This document shows, piece by piece, positions 50,201-63,696 of a stretch of DNA of 64,000 nucleotides. Both the position numbers and the translations under genes were made by a program. Each line of letters begins with the position of its first letter. Position 1 is the first letter of the stretch. A model generated the notes under the pieces. The model saw nothing but the letters and a program-made list of their open reading frames with translations. It was not told the DNA's origin and made no database searches. The stretch lies in contig OZ210884.1 in assembly GCA_964658305.1 (NCBI GenBank), positions 8,370,001 through 8,434,000 on the forward strand, written 5' to 3'. Source of the DNA: Leptogorgia sarmentosa. Taxonomy: Eukaryota.

Positions 50201-53200
50201 TTTCCAGCCTAACCCAAGCCTTTTCCAGCCTAACCGCAACCTTTCCAGCCTAACCCCACCCTTTTCCAGCCTAACCGCAACCTTTCCAGCCTAACCCCAG
50301 CCTTTTCCAGCCTAACCGCAGCCTTTTCCTGCCTAACCGCAACCTTTCCAGCCTAACCCCAGCCTTTTCCAGCCTAACTGCAGCCTTTTCCTGCCTAACC
50401 GCAACCTTTCCAGCCTAACCCCAGCCTTTTCCAGCCTAACCGCAACCTTTCCAGCCTAACCCCAGCCTTTTCCAGCCTAACCGCAACCTTTCCAGCCTAA
50501 CCCCAGCCTTTTCCAGCCTAACCGCAACCTTTCCAGCCTAACCCCACCCTTTTCCTGCCTAACCGCAACCTTTCCAGCCTAACCCCAGCCTTTTCCAGCC
50601 TAACCGCAACCTTTCCAGCCTAACCCCACCCTTTTCCTGCCTAACCGCAACCTTTCCAGCCTAACCCCAGCCTTTTCGTGCCTAACCGCAACCTTTCCTG
50701 CCTAACCCCACCCTTTTCCTGCCTAACCGCTACCTTTCCAGCCTAACCCCAGCCTTTTCCTGCGTAACCGCAACCTTTCCAGCCTAACCCAAGCCTTTTC
50801 CAGCCTAACCGCAACCTTTCCAGCCTAACCCCACCCTTTTCCAGCCTAACCGCAACCTTTCCAGCCTAACCCCAGCCTTTTCCAGCCTAACCGCAGCCTT
50901 TTCCTGCCTAACCGCAACCTTTCCAGCCTAACCCCAGCCGTTTCCAGCCTAACCCCACCCTTTTCCAGCCTAACCGCAACCTTTCCAGCCTAACCCCACC
51001 CTTTTCCAGCCTAACCGCAACCTTTCCAGCCTAACCCCAGCCTTTTCCAGCCTAACCGCAGCCTTTTCCTGCCTAACCGCAACCTTTCCAGCCTAACCCC
51101 AGCCGTTTCCTGCCTAACCGCAACCTTTCCAGCCTAACCCCAGCCTTTTCGTGCCTAACCGCAACCTTTCCTGCCTAACCCCACCCTTTTTCTGCCTAAC
51201 CGCAACCTTTCCAGCCTAACCCCAGCCTTTTCCTGCCTAACCGCAACCTTTCCAGCCTAACCCCAGCCTTTTCCAGCCTAACCGCAGCCTTTTCCTGCCT
51301 AACCGCAACCTTTCCAGGCTAACCCCAGCCGTTTCCTGCCTAACCGCAACCTTTCCAGCCTAACCCCAGCCTTTTCGTGCCTAACCGCAACCTTTCCTGC
51401 CTAACCGCACCCTTTTCCTGCCTAACCGCAACCTTTCCAGCCTAACCCCAGCCTTTTCCTGCCTAACCGCAACCTTTCCAGCCTAACCCCAGCCTTTTCC
51501 AGCCTAACCGCAACCTTTCCAGCCTAACCCCAGCCTTTTCCAGCCTAACCGCAACCTTTCCAGCCTAACCCCACCCTTTTCCTGCCTAACCGCAACCTTT
51601 CCAGCCTAACCCAAGCCTTTTCCAGCCTAACCGCAACCTTTCCAGCCTAACCCCACCCTTTTCCTGCCTAACCGCAATCTTTCCAGCCTAACCGAAGCCT
51701 TTTCCTGGCTAACCGCAACCTTTCCAGCCTAACCCCAGCCTTTTCCAGCCTAACCGCAACCTTTCCAGCCTAACCCCAGCCTTTTCCAGCCTAACCGCAA
51801 CCTTTCCAGCCTAACCCCACCCTTTTCCAGCCTAACCGCAACCTTTCCAGCCTAACCCCAGCCTTTTCCTGCCTAACCGCAACCTTTCCAGCCTAACCCA
51901 AGCCTTTTCCAGCCTAACCGCAACCTTTCCAGCCTAACCCCATCCTTTTCCAGCCTAACCGCAACCTTTCCAGCCTAACCCCATCCTTTTCCTGCCTAAC
52001 CGCAGCCTTTCCAGCCTAACCGCAACCTTTCCAGCCTAACCCCAGCCTTTCCAGCCTAACCCCAGCCTTTTCGTGTCTAACCGCAACCTTTCCTGCCTAA
52101 CCCCACCCTTTTGCTGCCTAACCGCAACCTTTCCAGCCTAACCCCAGCCGTTTCCTGCCTAACCGCAACCTTTCCAGCCTAACCCCACCCTTTTCCAGCC
52201 TAACCGCAACCTTTCCAGCCTAACCCCAGCCTTTTCCAGCCTAACCGCAGCCTTTTCCTGCCTAACCGCAACCTTTCCAGCCTAACCCCAGCCGTTTCCT
52301 GCCTAACCGCAACCTTTCCAGCCTAACCCCAGCCTTTTCGTGCCTAACCGCAACCTTTCCTGCCTAACCCCACTCTTTTCCTGCCTAACCGCAACCTTTC
52401 CAGCCTAACCCCAGCCTTTTCCAGCCTAACCCCAGCCTTTTCCAGCCTAACCGCAACCTTTCCAGCCTAACCGCAACCTTTCCAGCCTAACCGCAACCTT
52501 TCCAGCCTAACCTAACCCCAGCCTAACCCCAGCCTTTTCCTGCCTAACCCCAGCCTTTTCCAGCTAACCCCAGCCTTTTCCAGCCTAACCGCAACCTTTC
52601 CAGCCTAACCCCAGCCTTTTCCAGCCTAACCGCAACCTTTCCAGCCTAACCCCAGCCTTTTCCAGCCTAACCGCAACCTTTCCAGCCTAACCCCACCCTT
52701 TTCCTGCCTAACCGCAACCTTTCCAGCCTAACCCCAGCCTTTTCCAGCCTAACCGCAACCTTTCCAGCCTAACCCCACCCTTTTCCTGCCTAACCGCAAC
52801 CTTTCCAGCCTAACCCCAGCCTTTTCGTGCCTAACCGCAACCTTTCCTGCCTAACCCCACCCTTTTCCTGCCTAACCGCTACCTTTCCAGCCTAACCCCA
52901 GCCTTTTCCTGCGTAACCGCAACCTTTCCAGCCTAACCCAAGCCTTTTCCAGCCTAACCGCAACCTTTCCAGCCTAACCCCACCCTTTTCCAGCCTAACC
53001 GCAACCTTTCCAGCCTAACCCCAGCCTTTTCCAGCCTAACCGCAGCCTTTTCCTGCCTAACCGCAACCTTTCCAGCCTAACCCCAGCCGTTTCCAGCCTA
53101 ACCCCACCCTTTTCCAGCCTAACCGCAACCTTTCCAGCCTAACCCCACCCTTTTCCAGCCTAACCGCAACCTTTCCAGCCTAACCCCAGCCTTTTCCAGC

Positions 53201-56200
53201 CTAACCGCAGCCTTTTCCTGCCTAACCGCAACCTTTCCAGCCTAACCCCAGCCGTTTCCTGCCTAACCGCAACCTTTCCAGCCTAACCCCAGCCTTTTCG
53301 TGCCTAACCGCAACCTTTCCTGCCTAACCCCACCCTTTTTCTGCCTAACCGCAACCTTTCCAGCCTAACCCCAGCCTTTTCCTGCCTAACCGCAACCTTT
53401 CCAGCCTAACCCCAGCCTTTTCCAGCCTAACCGCAGCCTTTTCCTGCCTAACCGCAACCTTTCCAGGCTAACCCCAGCCGTTTCCTGCCTAACCGCAACC
53501 TTTCCAGCCTAACCCCAGCCTTTTCGTGCCTAACCGCAACCTTTCCTGCCTAACCGCACCCTTTTCCTGCCTAACCGCAACCTTTCCAGCCTAACCCCAG
53601 CCTTTTCCTGCCTAACCGCAACCTTTCCAGCCTAACCCCAGCCTTTTCCAGCCTAACCGCAACCTTTCCAGCCTAACCCCAGCCTTTTCCAGCCTAACCG
53701 CAACCTTTCCAGCCTAACCCCACCCTTTTCCTGCCTAACCGCAACCTTTCCAGCCTAACCCAAGCCTTTTCCAGCCTAACCGCAACCTTTCCAGCCTAAC
53801 CCCACCCTTTTCCTGCCTAACCGCAATCTTTCCAGCCTAACCGAAGCCTTTTCCTGGCTAACCGCAACCTTTCCAGCCTAACCCCAGCCTTTTCCAGCCT
53901 AACCGCAACCTTTCCAGCCTAACCCCAGCCTTTTCCAGCCTAACCGCAACCTTTCCAGCCTAACCCCACCCTTTTCCAGCCTAACCGCAACCTTTCCAGC
54001 CTAACCCCAGCCTTTTCCTGCCTAACCGCAACCTTTCCAGCCTAACCCAAGCCTTTTCCAGCCTAACCGCAACCTTTCCAGCCTAACCCCACCCTTTTCC
54101 AGCCTAACCGCAACCTTTCCAGCCTAACCCCAGCCTTTTCCAGCCTAACCCCACCCTTTTCCTGCCTAACCGCAACCTTTCCAGCCTAACCCCACCCTTT
54201 TCCTGCCTAACCGCAACCTTTCCAGCCTAACCCCAGCCTTTTCCAGCCTAACCGCAACCTTTCCAGCCTAACCCCACCCTTTTCCTGCCTAACCGCTACC
54301 TTTCCAGCCTAACCCCAGCCTTTTCGTGCCTAACCGCAACCTTTCCAGCCTAACCCCACCCTTTCCAGCCTAATCCCAGCCTTTTCCTGCCTAACCGCAA
54401 CCTTTCCAGCCTAACCCCAGCCTTTTCCAGCCTAACCGCAGCCTTTTCCTGCCTAACCGCAACCTTTCCAGGCTAACCCCAGCCGTTTCCTGCCTAACCG
54501 CAACCTTTCCAGCCTAACCCCAGCCTTTTCGTGCCTAACCGCAACCTTTCCTGCCTAACCGCACCCTTTTCCTGCCTAACCGCAACCTTTCCAGCCTAAC
54601 CCCAGCCTTTTCCTGCCTAACCGCAACCTTTCCAGCCTAACCCCAGCCTTTTCCAGCCTAACCGCAACCTTTCCAGCCTAACCCCAGCCTTTTCCAGCCT
54701 AACCGCAACCTTTCCAGCCTAACCCCACCCTTTTCCTGCCTAACCGCAACCTTTCCAGCCTAACCCAAGCCTTTTCCAGCCTAACCGCAACCTTTCCAGC
54801 CTAACCCCACCCTTTTCCTGCCTAACCGCAATCTTTCCAGCCTAACCGAAGCCTTTTCCTGGCTAACCGCAACCTTTCCAGCCTAACCCCAGCCTTTTCC
54901 AGCCTAACCGCAACCTTTCCAGCCTAACCCCAGCCTTTTCCAGCCTAACCGCAACCTTTCCAGCCTAACCCCACCCTTTTCCAGCCTAACCGCAACCTTT
55001 CCAGCCTAACCCCAGCCTTTTCCTGCCTAACCGCAACCTTTCCAGCCTAACCCAAGCCTTTTCCAGCCTAACCGCAACCTTTCCAGCCTAACCCCACCCT
55101 TTTCCAGCCTAACCGCAACCTTTCCAGCCTAACCCCAGCCTTTTCCAGCCTAACCCCACCCTTTTCCTGCCTAACCGCAACCTTTCCAGCCTAACCCCAC
55201 CCTTTTCCTGCCTAACCGCAACCTTTCCAGCCTAACCCCAGCCTTTTCCAGCCTAACCGCAACCTTTCCAGCCTAACCCCACCCTTTTCCTGCCTAACCG
55301 CAACCTTTCCAGCCTAACCCCAGCCTTTTCGTGCCTAACCGCAACCTTTCCTGCCTAACCCCAGCCTTTTCCTGCCTAACCGCAACCTTACCAGCCTAAC
55401 CCCAGCCTTTTCCTGCCTAACCGCAACCTTTCCAGCCTAACCCCAGCCTTTTCGTGCCTAACCGCAACCTTTCCTGCCTAACCCCACTCTTTTCCTGCCT
55501 AACCGCAACCTTTCCAGCCTAACCCCAGCCTTTTCCTGCCTAACCGCAACCTTTCCAGCCTAACCCCAGCCTTTTCCAGCCTAACTGCAGCCTTTTCCTG
55601 CCTAACCGCAACCTTTCCAGCCTAACCCCAGCCGTTTCCTGCCTAACCGCAACCTTTCCAGCCTAACCCCACCCTTTTCCAGCCTAACCGCAACCTTTCC
55701 AGCCTAACCCCAGCCTTTTCCAGCCTAACCCCACCCTTTTCCTGCCTAACCGCAACCTTTCCAGCCTAACCCCACCCTTTTCCTGCCTAACCGCAACCTT
55801 TCCAGCCTAACCCCAGCCTTTTCCAGCCTAACCGCAACCTTTCCAGCCTAACCCCACCCTTTTCGTGCCTAACCGCAACCTTTCCAGCCTAACCCCACCC
55901 TTTCCAGCCTAATCCCAGCCTTTTCCTGCCTAACCGCAACCTTTCCAGCCTAACCCCAGCCTTTTCCAGCCTAACCGCAGCCTTTTCCTGCCTAACCGCA
56001 ACCTTTCCAGGCTAACCCCAGCCGTTTCCTGCCTAACCGCAACCTTTCCAGCCTAACCCCAGCCTTTTCGTGCCTAACCGCAACCTTTCCTGCCTAACCG
56101 CACCCTTTTCCTGCCTAACCGCAACCTTTCCAGCCTAACCCCAGCCTTTTCCTGCCTAACCGCAACCTTTCCAGCCTAACCCCAGCCTTTTCCAGCCTAA

Positions 56201-59200
56201 CCGCAACCTTTCCAGCCTAACCCCAGCCTTTTCCAGCCTAACCGCAACCTTTCCAGCCTAACCCCACCCTTTTCCTGCCTAACCGCAACCTTTCCAGCCT
56301 AACCCAAGCCTTTTCCAGCCTAACCGCAACCTTTCCAGCCTAACCCCACCCTTTTCCTGCCTAACCGCAATCTTTCCAGCCTAACCGAAGCCTTTTCCTG
56401 GCTAACCGCAACCTTTCCAGCCTAACCCCAGCCTTTTCCAGCCTAACCGCAACCTTTCCAGCCTAACCCCAGCCTTTTCCAGCCTAACCGCAACCTTTCC
56501 AGCCTAACCCCACCCTTTTCCAGCCTAACCGCAACCTTTCCAGCCTAACCCCAGCCTTTTCCTGCCTAACCGCAACCTTTCCAGCCTAACCCAAGCCTTT
56601 TCCAGCCTAACCGCAACCTTTCCAGCCTAACCCCACCCTTTTCCAGCCTAACCGCAACCTTTCCAGCCTAACCCCAGCCTTTTCCAGCCTAACCCCACCC
56701 TTTTCCTGCCTAACCGCAACCTTTCCAGCCTAACCCCACCCTTTTCCTGCCTAACCGCAACCTTTCCAGCCTAACCCCAGCCTTTTCCAGCCTAACCGCA
56801 ACCTTTCCAGCCTAACCCCACCCTTTTCCTGCCTAACCGCAACCTTTCCAGCCTAACCCCAGCCTTTTCGTGCCTAACCGCAACCTTTCCTGCCTAACCC
56901 CAGCCTTTTCCTGCCTAACCGCAACCTTACCAGCCTAACCCCAGCCTTTTCCTGCCTAACCGCAACCTTTCCAGCCTAACCCCAGCCTTTTCCAGCCTAA
57001 CCGCAACCTTTCCAGCCTAAACCCACCCTTTTCCAGCCTAACCGCAACCTTTCCAGCCTAACCCCAGCCTTTTCCAGCCTAACCGCAGCCTTTTCCTGCC
57101 TAACCGCAACCTTTCCAGCCTAACCCCAGCCGTTTCCTGCCTAACCGCAACCTTTCCAGCCTAACCCCAGCCTTTTCGTGCCTAACCGCAACCTTTCCTG
57201 CCTAACCCCAGCCTTTTCCTGCCTAACCGCAACCTTACCAGCCTAACCCCAGCCTTTTCCTGCCTAACCGCAACCTTTCCAGCCTAACCCCAGCCTTTTC
57301 CAGCCTAACCGCAACCTTTCCAGCCTAACCCCACCCTTTTCCAGCCTAACCGCAACCTTTCCAGCCTAACCCCAGCCTTTTCCAGCCTAACCGCAGCCTT
57401 TTCCTGCCTAACCGCAACCTTTCCAGCCTAACCCCAGCCGTTTCCTGCCTAACCGCAACCTTTCCAGCCTAACCCCAGCCTTTTCGTGCCTAACCGCAAC
57501 CTTTCCTGCCTAACCCCACTCTTTTCCTGCCTAACCGCAACCTTTCCAGCCTAACCCCAGCCTTTTCCTGCCTAACCGCAACCTTTCCAGCCTAACCCCA
57601 GCCTTTTCCAGCCTAACCGCAGCCTTTTCCTGCCTAACCGCAACCTTTCCAGCCTAACCCCAGCCGTTTCCTGCCTAACCGCAACCTTTCCAGCCTAACC
57701 CCAGGCTTTTCGTGCCTAACCGCAACCTTTCCAGCCTAACCCAAGCCTTTTCCAGCCTAACCGCAACCTTTCCAGCCTAACCCCACCCTTTTCCAGCCTA
57801 ACCGCAACCTTTCCAGCCTAACCCCAGCCTTTTCCAGCCTAACCCCACCCTTTTCCTGCCTAACCGCAACCTTTCCAGCCTAACCCCAGCCTTTTCCAGC
57901 CTAACCGCAACCTTTCCAGCCTAACCCCACCCTTTTCCTGCCTAACCGCAACCTTTCCAGCCTAACCCCAGCCTTTTCCAGCCTAACCGCAACCTTTCCA
58001 GCCTAACCCCACCCTTTTCCTGCCTAACCGCAACCTTTCCAGCCTAACCCCAGCCTTTTCGTGCCTAACCGCAACCTTTCCTGCCTAACCCCAGCCTTTT
58101 CCTGCCTAACCGCAACCTTACCAGCCTAACCCCAGCCTTTTCCTGCCTAACCGCAACCTTTCCAGCCTAACCCCAGCCTTTTCCAGCCTAACCGCAACCT
58201 TTCCAGCCTAACCCCACCCTTTTCCAGCCTAACCGCAACCTTTCCAGCCTAACCCCACCCTTTTCCAGCCTCACCGCAACCTTTCCAGCCTAACCCCAGC
58301 CTTTTCCAGCCTAACCGCAGCCTTTTCCTGCCTAACCGCAACCTTTCCAGCCTAACCCCAGCCGTTTCCTGCCTAACCGCAACCTTTCCAGCCTAACCCC
58401 AGCCTTTTCGTGCCTAACCGCAACCTTTCCTGCCTAACCCCAGCCTTTTCCTGCCTAACCGCAACCTTACCAGCCTAACCCCAGCCTTTTCCTGCCTAAC
58501 CGCAACCTTTCCAGCCTAACGCCAGCCTTTTCCAGCCTAACCGCAACCTTTCCAGCCTAACCCCACCCTTTTCCAGCCTAACCGCAACCTTTCCAGCCTA
58601 ACCCCAGCCTTTTCCAGCCTAACCGCAGCCTTTTCCTGCCTAACCGCAACCTTTCCAGCCTAACCCCAGCCGTTTCCTGCCTAACCGCAACCTTTCCAGC
58701 CTAACCCCAGCCTTTTCGTGCCTAACCGCAACCTTTCCTGCCTAACCCCACTCTTTTCCTGCCTAACCGCAACCTTTCCAGCCTAACCCCAGCCTTTTCC
58801 TGCCTAACCGCAACCTTTCCAGCCTAACCCCAGCCTTTTCCAGCCTAACTGCAGCCTTTTCCTGCCTAACCGCAACCTTTCCAGCCTAACCCCAGCCGTT
58901 TCCTGCCTAACCGCAACCTTTCCAGCCTAACCCCAGCCTTTTCGTGCCTAACCGCAACCTTTCCTGCCTAACCCCAGCCTTTTCCTGCCTAACCGCAACC
59001 TTTCCAGCCTAACCCCAGCCTTTTCCTGCCTAACCGCAACCTTTCCAGCCTAACCCCAGCCTTTTCCAGCCTAACCGCAACCTTTCCAGCCTAACCATAG
59101 CCTTTTCCAGCCTAACCGCAACCTTTCCAGCCTAACCCCACCCTTTTCCTGCCTAACCGCAACCTTTCCAGCCTAACCCAAGCCTTTTCCAGCCTAACCG

Positions 59201-62200
59201 CAACCTTTCCAGCCTAACCCCACCCTTTTCCTGCCTAACCGCAATCTTTCCAGCCTAACCGAAGCCTTTTCCTGGCTAACCGCAACCTTTCCAGCCTAAC
59301 CCCAGCCTTTTCCAGCCTAACCGCAACCTTTCCAGCCTAACCCCACCCTTTTCCAGCCTAACCGCAACCTTTCCAGCCTAACCCCAGCCTTTTCCTGCCT
59401 AACCCCACCCTTTTCCAGCCTAACCGCAACCTTTCCAGCCTAACCCCAGCCTTTTCCAGCCTAACCGCAGCCTTTTCCTGCCTAACCGCAACCTTTCCAG
59501 CCTAACCCCAGCCGTTTCCTGCCTAACCGCAACCTTTCCAGCCTAACCCCAGCCTTTTCGTGCCTAACCGCAACCTTTCCTGCCTAACCCCACTCTTTTC
59601 CTGCCTAACCGCAACCTTTCCAGCCTAACCCCAGCCTTTTCCTGCCTAACCGCAACCTTTCCAGCCTAACCCCAGCCTTTTCCAGCCTAACTGCAGCCTT
59701 TTCCTGCCTAACCGCAACCTTTCCAGCCTAACCCCAGCCGTTTCCTGCCTAACCGCAACCTTTCCAGCCTAACCCCAGCCTTTTCGTGCCTAACCGCAAC
59801 CTTTCCTGCCTAACCCCACCCTTTTCCTGCCTAACCGCAACCTTTCCAGCCTAACCCCAGCCTTTTCCTGCCTAACCGCAACCTTTCCAGCCTAACCCCA
59901 GCCTTTTCCAGCCTAACCGCAACCTTTCCAGCCTAACCATAGCCTTTTCCAGCCTAACCGCAACCTTTCCAGCCTAACCCCACCCTTTTCCTGCCTAACC
60001 GCAACCTTTCCAGCCTAACCCAAGCCTTTTCCAGCCTAACCGCAACCTTTCCAGCCTAACCCCACCCTTTTCCTGCCTAACCGCAATCTTTCCAGCCTAA
60101 CCGAAGCCTTTTCCTGGCTAACCGCAACCTTTCCAGCCTAACCCCAGCCTTTTCCAGCCTAACCGCAACCTTTCCAGCCTAACCCCACCCTTTTCCAGCC
60201 TAACCGCAACCTTTCCAGCCTAACCCCAGCCTTTTCCTGCCTAACCGCAGCCTTTCCAGCCTAACCGCAACCTTTCCAGCCTAACCCCAGCCTTTCCAGC
60301 CTAACCCCAGCCTTTTCGTGCCTAACCGCAACCTTTCCTGCCTAACCCCACCCTTTTGCTGCCTAACCGCAACCTTTCCAGCCTAACCCCAGCCGTTTCC
60401 TGCCTAACCGCAACCTTTCCAGCCTAACCCCACCCTTTTCCAGCCTAACCGCAACCTTTCCAGCCTAACCCCAGCCTTTTCCAGCCTAACCGCAGCCTTT
60501 TCCTGCCTAACCGCAACCTTTCCAGCCTAACCCCAGCCGTTTCCTGCCTAACCGCAACCTTTCCAGCCTAACCCCAGCCTTTTCGTGCCTAACCGCAACC
60601 TTTCCTGCCTAACCCCACTCTTTTCCTGCCTAACCGCAACCTTTCCAGCCTAACCCCAGCCTTTTCCTGCCTAACCGCAACCTTTCCAGCCTAACCCCAG
60701 CCTTTTCCAGCCTAACCGCAGCCTTTTCCTGCCTAACCGCAACCTTTCCAGCCTAACCCCAGCCGTTTCCTGCCTAACCGCAACCTTTCCAGCCTAACCC
60801 CAGCCTTTTCGTGCCTAACCGCAACCTTTCCAGCCTAACCCAAGCCTTTTCCAGCCTAACCGCAACCTTTCCAGCCTAACCCCACCCTTTTCCAGCCAAA
60901 CCGCAACCTTTCCAGCCTAACCCCAGCCTTTTCCAGCCTAACCCCACCCTTTTCCTGCCTAACCGCAACCTTTCCAGCCTAACCCCAGCCTTTTCCAGCC
61001 TAACCGCAACCTTTCCAGCCTAACCTCACCCTTTTCCTGCCTAACCGCAACCTTTCCAGCCTAACCCCAGCCTTTTCCAGCCTAACCGCAACCTTTCCAG
61101 CCTAACCCCACCCTTTTCCTGCCTAACCGCAACCTTTCCAGCCTAACCCCAGCCTTTTCGTGCCTAACCGCAACCTTTCCTGCCTAACCCCAGCCTTTTC
61201 CTGCCTAATGGCAACCTTACCAGCCTAACCCCAGCCTTTTCCTGCCTAACCGCAACCTTTCCAGCCTAACCCCAGCCTTTTCCAGCCTAACCGCAACCTT
61301 TCCAGCCTAACCCCACCCTTTTCCAGCCTAACCGCAACCTTTCCAGCCTAACCCCAGCCTTTTCCAGCCTAACCGCAGCCTTTTCCTGCCTAACCGCAAC
61401 CTTTCCAGCCTAACCCCAGCCGTTTCCTGCCTAACCGCAACCTTTCCAGCCTAACCCCAGCCTTTTCGTGCCTAACCGCAACCTTTCCTGCCTAACCCCA
61501 GCCTTTTCCTGCCTAACCGCAACCTTACCAGCCTAACCCCAGCCTTTTCCTGCCTAACCGCAACCTTTCCAGCCTAACCCCAGCCTTTTCCAGCCTAACC
61601 GCAGCCTTTTCCTGCCTAACCGCAACCTTTCCAGCCTAACCCCAGCCGTTTCCTGCCTAACCGCAACCTTTCCAGCCTAACCCCAGCCTTTTCGTGCCTA
61701 ACCGCAACCTTTCCTGCCTAACCCCACCCTTTTCCTGCCTAACCGCAACCTTTCCAGCCTAACCCCAGCCTTTTCCTGCCTAACCGCAACCTTTCCAGCC
61801 TAACCCCAGCCTTTTCCAGCCTAACCGCAACCTTTCCAGCCTAACCCCAGCCTTTTCCAGCCTAACCGCAACCTTTCCAGCCTAACCCCACCCTTTTTCT
61901 GCCTAACCGCAACCTTTCCAGCCTAACCCAAGCCTTTTCCAGCCTAACCGCAACCTTTCCAGCCTAACCCCACCCTTTTCCTGCCTAACCGCAATCTTTC
62001 CAGCCTAACCGAAGCCTTTTCCTGGCTAACCGCAACCTTTCCAGCCTAACCCCAGCCTTTTCCAGCCTAACCGCAACCTTTCCAGCCTAACCCCACCCTT
62101 TTCCAGCCTAACCGCAACCTTTCCAGCCTAACCCCAGCCTTTTCCTGCCTAACCGCAGCCTTTCCAGCCTAACCGCAACCTTTCCAGCCTAACCCCAGCC

Positions 62201-62799
62201 TTTCCAGCCTAACCCCAGCCTTTTCGTGCCTAACCGCAACCTTTCCTGCCTAACCCCACCCTTTTGCTGCCTAACCGCAACCTTTCCAGCCTAACCCCAG
62301 CCGTTTCCTGCCTAACCGCAACCTTTCCAGCCTAACCGCAACCTTTCCAGCCTAACCGCAACCTTTCCAGCCTAATCGCAACCTTTCCAGCCTAACCGCG
62401 GCCTTTTCCAACCTAACCGCAACCTTTCCAGCCTAACCCCGGCCTTTTCCAACCTAACCGCAACCTTTCCAGCCTAACCGCAGCCTTTCCAGCCTAACCG
62501 CAACTTTCCAGCGTAACCGCAACCTTTCCAGCTTAACCGCAACCTTTTCCAGCCTAACCCCAGCCTTTCCCAGCCTAACCGCAACCTTTTCCAGCCTAAC
62601 CCCAAGCTTTTCCAGCTTAACCGCAACCTTTTCCAGCCTAACCGTAACCTTTTCCAGCCTAACCCCAACCTTTTCCAGCCTAACCGCAACCTTTTCCAGC
62701 CTAACCGCAACTTTTCCAGCCTAACCTCAACCTTTCCAGCCTAACCCCTGCCTTTTCCAGCCTAACCGCAACTTTTCCAGCCTAACCGCAACCTTTTTT
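47252..62799. repeat. Telomere-like satellite array C: same 41-bp dimer and orientation as array A
   Basis: Same monomers as array A, and it shares private variants with the 23.6-44.9 kb part of that array. Confidence 0.98.
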
Positions 62800-62943
62800 C
62801 CGGCTGTGTGCATCGCTTGCAATAGTTGAAAAGCATCCGTGTGCCTCAATCCTTCTAGATACAAAATATGCCAGCGATTGGAAAGCATGAAACCGTCGAT
62901 CACAAGTGCCTAAGTTTGTTAAATTTAACAACCTGGCCGCCAT
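62793..62943 (-). pseudogene. Second copy of the possible divergent first exon (MAARLLNLTNLG...)
   Basis: Same translation as 44919-45069 in the ORF track. Confidence 0.35.
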
Positions 62944-63220
62944 TTTCAATTTCAACTCGACACCAGGCCATTGTCTTCCCGCTTTCAGGGCTGAGAATTC
63001 AACCAATCACAAGGTAGGCGGGAAACATACTGATGTGATTTCGCTCCATTTTTTAATAGAGAGCTGTCAGTGTAACTGGGACCCAGTCCTCTGAATGATA
63101 AAACAGCTCGGCCAAGAAGACGCCATCTTGAATATACTGTAAAATAGATTAAAAAGATTTTCTTTTCTTTTAAAGTTTTTGAAACTAGACTGATGTAAAG
63201 GTACATTAAACAATCGCATC
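62936..63220. promoter_or_regulatory. Second copy of the probable bidirectional promoter
   Basis: Same CCAAT, E2F-like and YY1-like motifs at +17,874. Confidence 0.6.
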
Positions 63221-63644
63221 ATGTCTGCTGCATCGAAATTCCCAATACAGTCAACGGCAGGAGCCGTGCCGGTTAAAAATGAGAAAGGTATTAAAGTAGA
63301 AACTAGAAATTATGTTTTATCACTATGAGTTCATTTTTTATTTTGAACGTGTGTATTTTGTCTGGAATTAAACTGATCGTTGTTGTTTGTGGTTGTTTTA
63401 AGGTGAATTGTCAATGCAGAAATTCAAAGTTACTACAAACTTCCTGCCACCATTATTTTACCTTTTTAAATTGTGCCCTTCTTTATATGAAGGCCCGTGT
63501 AAGTTGAAATGCTAATCAAGCCTGCTCTTTGCTAGGCCTGGGTATGCTCAATCATCCAGTGATGAAGATGATGAAGAAGAAAATGAATTTGTGCAAGAGC
63601 AGCGTGAACCTGTGGATATTCTCATGGACAGACGGTTGAAAGAG
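63221..63644 (+). pseudogene. MFAP1: MFAP1 5' fragment; unprocessed pseudogene, copy 2
   Basis: ATG at 63221; exon 1 ends at 63287; exon 2 is 63403-~63434; exon 3 is 63536-63644 followed by GTGAGT. Same lesion as copy 1. Confidence 0.9.
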
Positions 63645-63684
63645 GTGAGTGTTTTATACATCTTCCTTCATCACTATCTCATTT

Positions 63685-63696
63685 CCCTAACCCTAA
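63685..63696. repeat. (CCCTAA)2 at the junction of cassette copy 2
   Basis: ...ctcattt ccctaa ccctaa ccactttt... Confidence 0.8.
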
